Assembly (NCBI RefSeq): GCF_000150275.1
Contig: NW_002060943.1
Span: forward strand, 5,166,008 to 5,230,007
Direction: 5' to 3'
Origin: Trichoplax adhaerens
Lineage: Eukaryota; Animalia; Placozoa
Length of the DNA stretch: 64,000 nt
A program made the position numbers and the translations under genes. The notes beneath the pieces were generated by a model. The model searched no databases and had not been told where the DNA came from. It saw only the letters and a program-made list of their open reading frames with translations. Positions 28,701-42,088 of the stretch are shown piece by piece. Position 1 is the stretch's first letter. The number at the start of each line of letters is the position of its first letter.

Positions 28701-31700
28701 TACATAAGTAAAAACTCTATTCATAGAAATCGAGTACAGAGATAGCTTAAGAATTGATCACTATCCTATAAAACTAAGATATATTTTTACAAAATTCATT
28801 ATTATTTATCCTGGAATTTCCCTTTTTGTCTAAAATCTAACTTGCTATCAAATCATACGTATTACTTCAGTTTATGCAAAGGAAATGCCCTCACATCTAC
28901 CTATTAGAGAGGTACTCACTGGATTTATGTCAAATGTAATAGTGAGCATTAAACGATGGATTCAATATGTCTTGGTTTGCTGTACATGGCTGTGCATTGT
29001 TCCAGTTGCCGCATGTGAGTATAGAGCTTTGTGCTTTAAATTATTATTTGAATTATATTACTTTCAGTCGTAAACCAAGACCATTTAGGAAGATATCTTC
29101 ATCATGCACTTCTAGCGTACGACTATAACGTTTAAATTTGATATACTACATTAGAAATAGTAGTAACTCATTATCTTTCATTTTATATTTATTAGCCAGT
29201 TGTTGATTAATATTCTATATTAACTATAAATTTATAACTAAACAAAATTACATGTAACAAGTTTTTTAAATTACTAAAGTGCATTCTATCACCCATTTTA
29301 ATCTTTTAGGTAGAATTTATAAGTCTGTATTCCGAGAATCGTTATCTGGTCTAATAGGTTTACCAATTAATATGTTTTCTTTGTAAGTTTATATATTTGA
29401 AGCCGTACTCTTCTAGTATAGGCCGGTATTTGATGTCAATGATAGCAGAAACTGGGTTACGTAAATATACTACTGATACGTTACACCGGGATTCTCGAAG
29501 AATACAATTAACCTTTGTCCTAACTACTTCCTTTAGAGAGTGGTCATTAAATTAATTACTGATTATTTTGGGGATCTTTCTTGAATCACTTAGAGATAAC
29601 TTCGCTACCGACTGTGCGCATGGTCTCTTTATTGTTTGCTTAACCGTTAGCACATTTGTGGGCTTAATCTGGCTTCGAGAACAAATAAATGAATCCCCTC
29701 CCCCGTGGCTAGTCGCACTACCGAACGCTAACATTAACAGACAGGTTTGCTTATCCCTATTTATTTAATATTAATTAATCGAATTTAAGCAGGTTAATGA
29801 AAGCATCTATAAACAATTTTTGCAATAATTTCCTCATGATAAAAAGGAACCCGTAAATGAGGAGCATAGAAATCATGATGTTAACGTAGACAATGCTGGT
29901 GGTGATGTTGGCGAAGCTAACAATACAGAAGATAACCAAATCCCTGCCCCACCTGTTAATCAACAAGGTAAAAGCTCATTTTACACGATACATTTTCTTA
30001 TCTGGAAATTAACGTTTGAAATTATAATTCGTGCTAGTAATATCCTATTATTGTTAATAAGTATTTAACTCGATGGTAAACGTGATATCAAATGTATAAT
30101 CATACACTTTGTTAAAAGGAAATAACGTTGGGAATGCTGAAAGAGCTGATAATGATTCTGAAAACTCTGATCTTGATATGGAATCTTCATCAGATACTGA
30201 AGATCAAAGAATTGATCTTCAAAATAATTTCGAAAATCCAGATGTTCAAGTAAATAGAGCATTACCAAATGTGGCTGCAGTAGATGATTTATTTGGCGAA
30301 GGTAGGCACAGTAGTTGAGCCCTACAGTATGAGCTAATGAACGTTTCTAATTTTGATTCTCTATTATTTTTCCATCTCCATCGCAAAGAAAATAATAATC
30401 GGAATTGGCTGGAATTAGAACGAGAAGAATTAACCTGGGATAAGGTACCTTTTTTACCATGTTTGTAACTCAAGCATTTAAATTCTACGTAAATCCGCTT
30501 ACATTAAAAAGTTTTGAATGTTTATTTTTTTAATAATGAAACTAAGTTCAATAATGATAATTCGTTTATAAAAAGCTCCTTATTCCATCGCTAATTAACG
30601 CTAACATTTGTTATTGGAACATATTTAACTGTTTTTTACTTTCTCCATTACATTTAAATATGTCATAGATTCTTGGTCTCGATGGATCGTACACTTTTAT
30701 CGTAAGGATAAGACTGATTGCAATTGAGTTGGTACTTTGTACTTTATATTATGTTAACGTTGATACATTATTACACCAATGAATATAGGAACATGCATTT
30801 TGGGTGGTGTCATTAAACTTTCTCTTAATTTTCATTCTTGGTATGCCTACCCAATTTAAATTGATAATTATTTATTCTCTATTAATAACTTCATGTACAT
30901 TCTTAAATAGCCTATATACCGTATAAAATTGGATGCCTTGGTCTATACTTTCTACCAGTTGAATATTTGGTTAGTCTTCCCTTATGTCTAACTGTCAGAT
31001 AGCTTTTCTGGTATTATCAATGCAAAGTAACCATCTCAATTCTTTTCACAATAGTTCGCTGCAACCAGATTTGGCGGATTTTTAACAATAATTCTTGGCT
31101 ATGTTACAATTGCTACTTTTTTTAGCCTTCTTTATGTATCATCATTACCACAGTTGATTATATATTGTTTGGTTTTATAAACGCTATGTTATCATATATC
31201 AAAATTTACAGCAACATGATTATAAATATGATTCTACTAGTTTTGTAAACATACGTAACATTACTCCAAATTAAACTTCCTTAACATCTGATACTATATA
31301 TGTCCAAAGATATCGATTGGCGATGTTCAACTGCTATCACGGTAACTGAATAACGGATAACCTTAATGGATAAAAATTTATTATTTTGGAAATTATATCT
31401 TGTTTTATAAATATAACGCTAATCTAAATTATTTGCAATGGATAGGTGGAAGAGATTCCTTGGTATTACTGTAATAGCTATTAAGGTTTGCGGGAGATAA
31501 TAGTGTAATTCTTAATGTACAATTACTGTACATAAAATTCGGGTGAATTATTTATCACTTATGTAATAATAGCATACTATCTACTGTTGGCGTATAGGTT
31601 TCACTCTTGCTCATTGTTGAAGTGGGTATCTTTCCGGTTGTTTGTGGCTGGTGGTTAGATATTTGCTCTTTGGTAAGTAGACATAATCGCATAATGCAAA

Positions 31701-34700
31701 TTATTAAACATAAATAATTTAGTTGCAAAAACACTCCTGACTAATGTTATAGTTTTAAAATAGACACCTTATTTGCAGCGAGATTTACCAAAATCGTTCT
31801 TATTGGTTAAACTAGAGACAAAATTGATTGATATACAGTACTAATAAATTTTGTTATCCCATTGCAGCCACTGTTTGGATCTACCATGGAAGATCGTCAA
31901 AAAAGTTTCCGCTCTTCTCCCGGTAAATCGTCTTCTAATTACTAAGATTTAGTATTTATATTATGATTTAAAAATACTGTACCAAATTTAAACTCTGGGA
32001 GCTACACCTAATTAAAAATTCTTGATAATCTACCCAACTAGGAGCAGCAATGTTTCTTCATTGGTTAGTTGGCATGGTCTTTGTATTCTATATGGCCTCT
32101 TTTGTTTTATTACTGCGTGAGGTTAGTAAAATCACTTATCGTAACGATTACGCTTTGATGGCTTTCATAAATTTAGATTGTTCTTAATTTATTTATACAG
32201 GTTCTTCGTCCGGGAGTTTTATGGTTTTTACGTAATATAAATGATCCAGATTTTAATCCCATAACTGAGGTTAGAGATGACGTTCATAAAAATTAGTTGT
32301 ATACAATTTACTTGCTTTTTAATTGATAAAATGTATAGATAGATTACAGAATAGGTAACTTACACTTATATTTACAACGCAGATGATACAGCTAACGATT
32401 TGGCGTCATATAAGAAGATTCCTAGCATCAGTGGTATAATTTTTATGCCCTTGTTATTACTGTGTATCAAAAAATAAGCTTATATTCGTCTATCACTGTT
32501 AGACTATCTTTGGTACAAGCGTTTTGGTTATTGTTTGGATCCCTGTGAGAATTTCTGTTCGAATTTTTCCAGGATTATTACCGTATAATGTGTTATTATT
32601 CAGGTAATACAAAGTCTATAGTGCAAGCAATTGTCGTATACTCAAAATTTATTGATATTCTCTCGCTTTGCCTTATCCGAAAGTGATACACCCGCTAGTG
32701 AACTGTCCCTAGAATTACTGTTTTTGCAAGTCATTCTGCCAGCACTTTTAGAACAGGGATATACTAAAAAATGGACAAAAAGCTTTATTAGAATTTGGTC
32801 GAGGACAGTAGGATACATCCTGTAAGTCTTTTAGAAACCTATTAATGTGCACTTCAATTTTCACGAATGAGACACAATTTACAAGTTAATATCGAATAAA
32901 TTACAGTGATCTGCAATCTTATTTGCTGGGACATGAAAACGAAGAAGGATCATCTGAGAATGTACAGATAATAAATATACCTTTTTGTAGATCTTATCGT
33001 AATTGGCCTATTTCTGTATATCAAGTAAACGCAAGTTAAGGTTAAATCTAATATAGCAAAAAATTTTTATGATCTAGAATCGAAATGATGCCGAATTTGT
33101 CCCAGAAGTCAACAACGATGCCGGACTCGCGGGAAACATTATTCCCGGTGTAGGCTTTGGAGGCGGTATTGGAGCTGCGCACGCAGCCGGAGCAGCAATT
33201 TTTAATCGTAGAGTTTTGAATAACAGCCCTTATCGGAAACCAAATCAATTTATATTAAGGGTATCATTAGTTAAACTCCATATGTAGTAATTAACTCTAT
33301 CTTTATCGACTTGACTTTTGTATTGAAAGGATATATCCCAACTTTTTTAACCTGAATATTAATCGTTCATGTCTTACTTTCCTAGATTATTGCTCTACTA
33401 TTGATAATGTGTGTGTCAGTTTGCACTATTAGCTTATTAGGCTTGACAGTACCAGGTAAAACAGCATGATCATAATTATTTTTACTTAAAGCATAAACAT
33501 GAATAAACAGTAATCGCGTTAGCGTTACTAAGATCATCTAAATTAAGTATTTAATATCTTTCAGTATACCTTGGTCGCTATTTACTCTCTCTATGGCTAG
33601 GCGATACTGCAATCCACGAATTATATACAGTTGCGTGTGGACTTTATGCGGTTTGGCTGATCTGTAGGATCATAACCCTGATTGTCACTTATATGCCGAT
33701 GCAGTGGTACGCAATTTTTGACAAAATAAGGAACTGTGTAGTCCTGGTAAGACCATGATATTATCATATGTACCAATCACGTTATTGTAGCCCATTGATT
33801 GAAGAAAATTTTCTTAATAATACCAGGTGTTGAAACTTGGTACCGTTACGGTTTTACTTGCTGGAGTTGTACCATTACTGGTTGGATTATTATTCGAGTT
33901 AATTATTTTAGTTCCTGTTCGAGTGTCACTTAATCAATCTCCAATGTATTTCTTATGGCAGGTAATTATGGTTGGGATTGAATCATCTAAACATCAATCT
34001 TGTTTCCATATTTTAATAATTGCATAATTTACTATTGATATTTTAATAACGTAGGATTGGACTCTTGGGGTTTTACATACCAAAATAATCTGTGCACTAA
34101 CAATGACTGGACCTGACTGGTGGATGAAATTGGCTCTTGATCAGGTAATGCGATACCAAGTAGCATAATACAAAATATTTTCTTCATAGAATAATAACGA
34201 AAATCTATATACTTATATATTTTAACAATCTACCAGATCCATAACGCGGGTTTTCGAAATCTTGATTTTGCATTCGTGATTAAAAGCCTTGCTTTTCCTG
34301 TGATCAGTATGTTACTATTTCTTGTTACTGCACCAATCACCCTTGCCTCGGGCGCGTCAAAACTATTCGGTAGGTAACAATGGCTCCTCCGGATCTTTGT
34401 GATATACCTATTTATATGGAAATATCACATAAAAACTCAGAAATGCTTTAATTTTATTGTTGTTTGAATCTATGTAGGTTTATCAAAGTACCTCCAAAAC
34501 TATTGTATTCGTCGTATTTATCCATTTTCACTCCTAATATGCGTAGCTGTAATTACTATCAAATTTCACATAAAGCAAGCTAAAAGGCTCTACAATCGCA
34601 TTAGGGACGACAAGTAAGTTACTGTCTTCATTTGATAAAATTAATTTTAATCCACCTTTAATACAATGTACCTCATAGATGATATTATTTCAGCTAATAA

Positions 34701-34776
34701 AAATTACTAATTTAGTAACATCTTAATTCCCAATAGATATCTTATAGGCCAAAGATTAGTCAACTATGAACCTTGA
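25744..34776 (+). CDS. MARCHF6: E3 ubiquitin ligase MARCH6/TEB4 (Doa10 orthologue), RING-CH plus multi-TM
   Basis: Micro-exon MEIE (25744), then [60 protein letters not shown]. Also [99 protein letters not shown] and terminal [17 protein letters not shown]. Confidence 0.96.
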
Positions 34777-37700
34777 AGTAAAGCGACGCTATGAATTTAT
34801 TACTTATAATTTACAACTAAAGATCTAATTCTGTTGTAGTGTAAATGATATTCATCTTTTTGTATGATTATATACAGGTTACAAGATTTTAACTCAATAA
34901 CAACAAAAATGTATTATTACAGGTTTTTTATTTTAGGCCATATGCAGATTGCGCATCTATAGTCAGCTAAATTATCTTTATTACAATTTTATGTAACACA
35001 CGATAGTAACAACTTCACTAATCCAGGATCAAAATTTTAACCATAAGTAACTCATATTACAGCATTATTTTCTCTACGGTTTTTACAGCCGAACATTAAT
35101 ATTTATAATTAGATTTTTAATATTTTCTACATTAGAAAACTACAATCGCAGATTCGAAAATTTAAAACCCACGTAGTTGGGTGATCTAAATGTAATTGTT
35201 ATAGCTACCAATTATGCACGTAGAATCATAAGAGTGACTGTATTCTCTGAATAGTAAAATGCGAAAGTAGTACTGATGTAATCTTGTGGATTAAATATAA
35301 TAAGATAATGTTGTCGTTTCCTACATGACAGAGCTTGTAGGAACATGCTTATGTGCGGTTATTATTTGTAAATTTTTTCCTTAAATCGAAAATACGCAAC
35401 CATGACAGCAAATAATGTTAACCATTTTGATGTATGATGGTTAAAGCTTTATGCGGCTGCATCCTTGTATTGTTAAAGACACAACGGATTCCACTTAAGA
35501 AGTGGCTGATCTGTCCTGCGAAGAATTGTAGATGCGGACAAGTAATATTAAAGAATTTAAATATATATGATGTATCAGAAGTTTATCAAGTCAGATGTAT
35601 TTCTTATCCAGTATACTTGGATATATTATTCTAGTTACGGCTACATGTTTGTATACAGTTTCCTGTATTGTGATTACTGGTCCATCATCGCTAACATTTT
35701 ATTACCTTATGAGCTGTTAGTATTATTGAACTTAGTTGTATAAATCAATATAAGCCCAATTAAAGTGTCAATACGACAATTTAGCTATTATCATGTGCAA
35801 TTAAAGCGAAGTCTTACGAATATACACTATTATAATTCAACTGTATCCTTAAACTATTGATAAAGTTTAATTCCAGTAGCGTAGGTATCGACATAGTATG
35901 ATCTCGTCTTAAAATATAACAAGTTTAATGATGGGCTACTAAATAATGTAGTATTTAGCAGGCCCTCCCGAATATTGTATTGTCACTATTGTAGGAAAAT
36001 TGAGAAGCAGTGAGAAAATCTTTATCAATACTTGTGATAGCATCATAATATAATGAAGTGGCCAATCTTAAATCACAATGTTATTAATATATCTAATAAT
36101 CTATATTTAGATTACCTTTATCTCACTTAATACGAAATTACCCATAAATTCTCGTATAGGCTATGATTAGTAGTTAACATCGCTATTAGCTATACTCACG
36201 TAATCCAAAGAGTTATTTTACTGCTGGTGCAACGAAGGATAGGTAACCGGTGCTGAAGCCATAGCTGTGATATTACAAACGCATGCCAGTATTAAAATTT
36301 TACTCTTATTATTTTTGCTTACGCGAAGTATTACGAGCTTGACATTCTACTAGACAGAATTTAAAGAGAATTACCTAAACATAAAATATGATGGCCTTAT
36401 ATATATGACTTATTTAAGAGTTATCTACGATTGAATTGTGTTGGCATGTTGTATACTGTGTACACTACTGTAAATATTAAACTGCAGTATTTACTCGTAT
36501 AATGTATACTGTAGGTTATAAAACGTGGGATGGAGGTCTCGTTTTGGATATCTCTAGTAGCGCCTTCCAAATTATTATACAATTATAATCAAATGACCGG
36601 AACATCAGTGTTCTCTACAATCTACTGTTTATACTCGTAATATCCATCCAATGCAAAGGCAAGAACGGCGTAGCGCTTATCCATCTTGAGCAGAGACTTA
36701 AAAGAGACTTTAGTTTCTGTTTTAGACCTGAAGATAGCCCTCTAAACTTTTCCCGATATGCTATGCTGTCAATGAATTAATGAATTAATTATAATTATCA
36801 TCATCAATCAATGTTATTGTTGATAATGTAGTCATAATGATCATTAACTATCCAATTAAATTAAAGTATATAACAATATCCTATTACTACTGTAGCTGCT
36901 GCTTTATTTTGTTTGTCAATGGTGCCAGTCGAGTATATGATCGTTTGTCTTGTTATCAATGCAATTATTGATCTAAGTTAAATTGTATAATTTAATGACT
37001 ATATAGCATAGAATGGCTTATCCGACATTATTCGTCGTCTTGACTAACAATTTGGTCCTCCTATTTATCAATTTTTTATTGATCTTCTATTTTTTTGGAA
37101 AGTACTTGATAGCTAAGCGTTCTTTATGTTAGTATCATTGTTCTGCCTTGTCAATAATGACCAAGGAGAGGAAAAAAGAAATTTTAATTGCATGAGAATA
37201 TTCATAACAATGTCTATTGTACGCTTGGATCTGTTTATATCGACGTTGGTAGAGAGTCCATTAAGACTTTTGACCTTTCTTAACTACTGTAAAGGCATTT
37301 TTTTCTTTTCGGTTATGATGACTCCGATTATAAAATTCTACTACTTATTGTATAAAGCCTCTACTTAGTTGCAATCCCTTGATCAATAGCATAGGAATAC
37401 ATAAATACATAATCTGCCATCTTTATCTATATAAGACCTATCTACAAATTGAAGTAGTCTGATACCAACAATTTATTGCGTTGGATGAGAGGAAGGCAGG
37501 AAAAAAAATTCATCGACTAGAACAGCGTCAAAGATTGTAGGTAAGTTTAGTATAAATATATCATTGACGGCCATTTTTCAACTTTCCACAATGGAATATC
37601 TTTTCTTCTTTTTATTAACTTGGTCTTATCTACACATTAATTGCTATTTATTACTTTTTTATCTAGTCAAAATCTCACCCGTCAAGATTTCTCATGTTGA

Positions 37701-38077
37701 CATTGTCTCATCGATTTAGTCATCTTATGTAAAGAAACTGTTGTGAGCAAAAGAAGGAAGGTTGGAGAAATCAAAACATGACAAGAAATTGATCACTAAA
37801 AGAAAATAGAATCTCACCTTAATTAATCATCGTCTATCTGTCAACAAGAAAGATTTTTAGTTGAACAAAAAAGATCCAATAAGTCTTGGATAATTTATAT
37901 AATAATTCATCTTTCAACTAGATTAACGTTTCAATTCTATTTACGATCTTAGATAAAGGATATCTACGGCTATCCTTTATTTGTTGGTGTATACTTTAAG
38001 GCAGTAGTGAAACTGTAAATTAAACTTACAATTTTCATTTTAATTACAATCGATTGCGACAATCAGCCATTATTATC

Positions 38078-41000
38078 ATGCCAAGATCAAGTAGCCCTAC
38101 TAAACAACAATTTCCCGATACTGGGCTATCTCTACCACCGATCGCAGCGACAAATCATGGCGTTAACTTAGTAGAGAAAAGCGAACCATCTATTCGAAGC
38201 CATAATTCGAAAGAGGCTGGTTTAAGCAATGGTGTGAAATCGATGCCTAGTAGTCCAGTTAGTAAAAGTAGAAATTTCCATCCTGGTCCACCTGCTTCAC
38301 CACGCTCAATTAAGACATCACCACGCTCTAATAAGACATCGCCACGCTCTAATAAGTCATCACCTCGTCAGAATCTTAGCATGTTAACTGTTGATATGAA
38401 TGCAGCTTCTATCTATCGTTTAAGTCGTTCATCGCCATCATCGCCAACAGGAACAAGACGAGCTATCAACATGGATGAGAATGATGATGATCATTATCAT
38501 CATGCAAAAGAAAGCGATGATTGCTATCAAGAAGATAATCGAGATATTCGATCGTCAGTTAGTCTATCACGAAAACTCCATGATATCCAACAGAAAATGA
38601 ATCAGAACGATAGTCAATACCACCCACGACAACGGCAACGGCCCGTAACAGTCGATCCATCAGAAGATATGGCTGCTAAAGTGAGGATGTCTAAATCCAC
38701 TCCAACATCACCAACTTCATCTAGAAAATCTTTAATTGATGCAGCTAGAAAGTCTTCATGGTTAAAACAAGAAGAAGAAAACATTCAACGTATACATTAT
38801 TATATGAATGAAAATGGCCAAAATCAGTAAGTATTCATATCCTCTTTTTATTCACTTAATTCGTCGTTTTGATCAATTTAATTGGGATATTATCTGGATA
38901 GAGAGATATTCATTGCCGCTCTATAGTAGGTTAATCAATGATTTTGAATCAACAAAGAATCCATACAGAGGATAACAACTCTACTAATGATTGTGGATTC
39001 AATAGCTATCAACAACTTTATATTACAAGTTCACATGTTGTAATTAAATACGCCTTGTTGATATTGTTCGAGATTTCCTTCTTTATAATGCATACCGAAT
39101 ATTAAACACGACGTTAAAATGTCATGGGAAAGCCAACACATGATTTAGTTGTTATTGATATTGAAAACATTACGTTTAATCTTGGTGGCGATGTCGACGA
39201 TTCTTTTACAGTCCAAGATGAGAACTGGTTGTTACAGATATGGTGTTGTTACAGCTCGAATAGCAGCATTTTTTGATTTTTAAACTGCAGTCAACTTGGA
39301 CTTGCTATCCTGCTTATTACAAATATAGTGATTTTGAAATACTCGTTTAATAGAACTATTTAATTTTTTATCATTTCCTATGATAATAGATTCTCATTAC
39401 CCTTGGAATAGTTATCTTCCCTATTTAATTTCTCTATAAATGGAAAACATACTTTGAAGTGTAATAGACCTTTCTGTTTCTTTCCTATTCTTATCCACAC
39501 AGACTCACAGAGTACTCTACAGTAAAGTATACTAGGACTACCTATTTTTTTCCCATCCCACTAGTTTAAAGCATAGTAGAACTATCCAATTTTTGTATGT
39601 TGTGGAGACATTTCCATGTTCCGTAGTCACTGGCGATATCAAGTTGCTGTTTGTAAAGGCGTACAAGAATTCCAATTGAAAGAGAAAGGGTTTCTACTGT
39701 CGACTATTTTACCATATCATAAGATTGTTCACTGGCTCCTAATAGAGAAATCGATGTTTCATTCGATATCTTTTTATCGTGTTGGATAAAAATGGGAATG
39801 AAATTCTATCGTACTTGGAAAATTAGTTATTAGTGGCGTTCGTGATATGCACTATTAGGAGATTATAATTATATATGCTGTGCTAGAACGTAAACATCGT
39901 CGATTTTAGTGGATAAAGTAGTACAGGCAATGATGGATTGGATCATTATCCCATCATCTTCATCCACGATGACTGGGTGTCTTATGGTACTTTAGCTTGT
40001 TACTCGAGCTTCAGCAATGATTGTAATAACGATTTGATAATTATCCTCCCATCTATTTCATCGATTACGTAGTTAGTTCTTACCTGACTGAGTCGATATT
40101 CGCTATTCGGTATGATAACTATTCCATCATCTTTACCGATAGAATAGACAGGGTAAATTCGACCCTTACTAGAGTTTGATAATCAATCCCTCTTCCCTCT
40201 ATTCTATCGACTATAAAGTTAGCAGTTACATGAATTAGTTTACCCCTTTCTAGATAATTATTCCATCATCTACTTTACCATAGAATAAACAGAGTAAATT
40301 CGGCCCCTTACTAGGCTTTGATAATTATAATTCATCAATTCATTATTCTTCCGTCTATTTTGCAGATTCCAAAGTCAGCATTTCATGAGCTAGTTGATAT
40401 TCGTCTATTCAGTTTGATAATTAATTATTCAATCATCTACTTTACCGATGAAATGGATAGGGTAAATTCGACCCTTACTACAACTACTGGTATCACGCAG
40501 TTTAATTAAGCTAAGGCATAATATGGCAAGTTTGTAGTCAATAAACAGATGGGTAGGATAAGAACGACTACTTTTACTATGTCTGATTACGAATAATGTT
40601 ATAACAAACTTTGCAGCTTAAATTCAAGTATATTTACATTCTATACCGGTATAGATTTAGTATCGGTAAAATAAAATAGCTAGATTATCGAGTATTTATT
40701 TCTTTCCATTCGCTGGCACTCGAGCTATATCCCTTATCCCTTATTTTAGTTGGGTTGAATAGAACTAGTATAATATGGATAGAATAGCAATAAGAAATAG
40801 TATGATTTGAATTTTATTGGATGTAATGGCAGTTCAAATCACTAGAATTAGAATGAATTAATATCATAGATGATAATATGAATTTAACCACTGCAAAATC
40901 AAGATGTTCGCATACAAGTAAGTAATATCGTTACTAGGCATTCAATTATGATTATTTCTCATCATTAGATTGTCAGTAAGAGATGAATTAAGAAGGGAAT

Positions 41001-42088
41001 ACGAAGAATATCAAGCATTATATGGAAATACCCAATCAGAAAAAGGTGAACTAACTAGTGATGATAATGAGGAATCGTCAGATAATGAAAAATCTCCTCT
41101 TGATCAGCCACAATTGGCTGCAAGTCAAGGCGTTCAATATTACATCGCTACTAAAAGATACCTTGGACACCGAGAAAATACATCTCTACCATTCGATAAT
41201 TGGCTATCGGTTAAAAATACTCAAAAGATTCAGGAAGCTAATGTGGCTAGGAAAGAAAAGCAACAGCAAATGTTAAAGAAGCAAGAAGAGGAAGAGAAGA
41301 GAAAACAAATTGCGCAAAAATTTTTCAATAAGTGGAAAACTAAAAAGGATCAAGAATATAAAGAGCAAAAACGCAAGGAACAACAAATGCAACAAGAAGA
41401 GCAAGAGTTCAGAAAAGAATTAAAAGAATTGAAAAAGCAACGGGTACCTACTTTTGCCAAATGGGTAGATGTTAAAATGGAGGAGATGAAGAAAATTAAG
41501 CAAGAAGAAGAGCGAAAGCATTTCGAGGAAGAAATGGAAAGACGTCGGGTGATACAGTCACGATTTAGTCAAGCACCTTCTTTTGAATCGTGGATGAACA
41601 AGAAATCTCAATCAGAAAGTAAAGAGCGAGAAATGCTAGCAAGAGCTCAAGAAATGGAAGAAGAAAGAAGAAGAAAAGAACGAGAGAAGCGAATCGCTAA
41701 ATCACCCTCTTTTCAATCTTGGCGTAAAAAGAAAAGGGAAGAAGAAGAGCACCAAAAAGAGCTTGCTAGGAAAGCGATGCAGGCAGAAATGTCCAAGTTA
41801 AACAAGATAAAAAATGAAAGATTTAAAGGTGTTCCATCCTTTGAAGATTGGTTAGAAGCTAAAGCTAAGCAAATGACATTAGATAACTACGACAGCATGA
41901 TGGAAGGGCGCGAACAACAAGGAAGTCTAGAACAGGAGAAAAAACGTATGGAAAATTTATCCTTCGATATGTGGTTAGAAGAAAAGAGGAATCAGGGATT
42001 GATACCTACAGCACCTGCAACATCATCAAAGCATAAACTAGTTAAAGCTAGAAGTTTAGGATCGATCTATCAGGCAGCGCAGAATTGA
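38078..42088 (+). CDS. Coiled-coil protein with repeated (P)xFxxWxxxK motifs, CCDC34/CCDC181/MAP9-like; 2 coding exons, about 622 aa
   Basis: Exon 38078-38826 (Ser/Pro-rich, SPR repeats) joins exon 40969-42088 in phase 2 (CA|GTAAGT..TAG|A). The second exon is an E/K/R-rich helix with seven FxxW motifs (PFDNW, FFNKW, PTFAKW, PSFESW, PSFQSW, PSFEDW, SFDMW). The family call rests on motif recognition only. Confidence 0.75.
40110..40480. repeat. Degenerate tandem repeat (about 150-bp period, 3 copies) in the intron of the coiled-coil gene
   Basis: TGATAA.TATTC.ATCATCT..TTACC.ATAGAAT..A.AGGGTAAATTCGACCCTTACTA at about 40112, 40253 and 40415. Confidence 0.8.

Noticed and set aside
34774-34794. Stop-codon read-through or selenocysteine at the MARCH6 TGA
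   Set aside because: The stop follows the conserved LVNYE end, there is no read-through context or SECIS, and a second stop follows within six codons.
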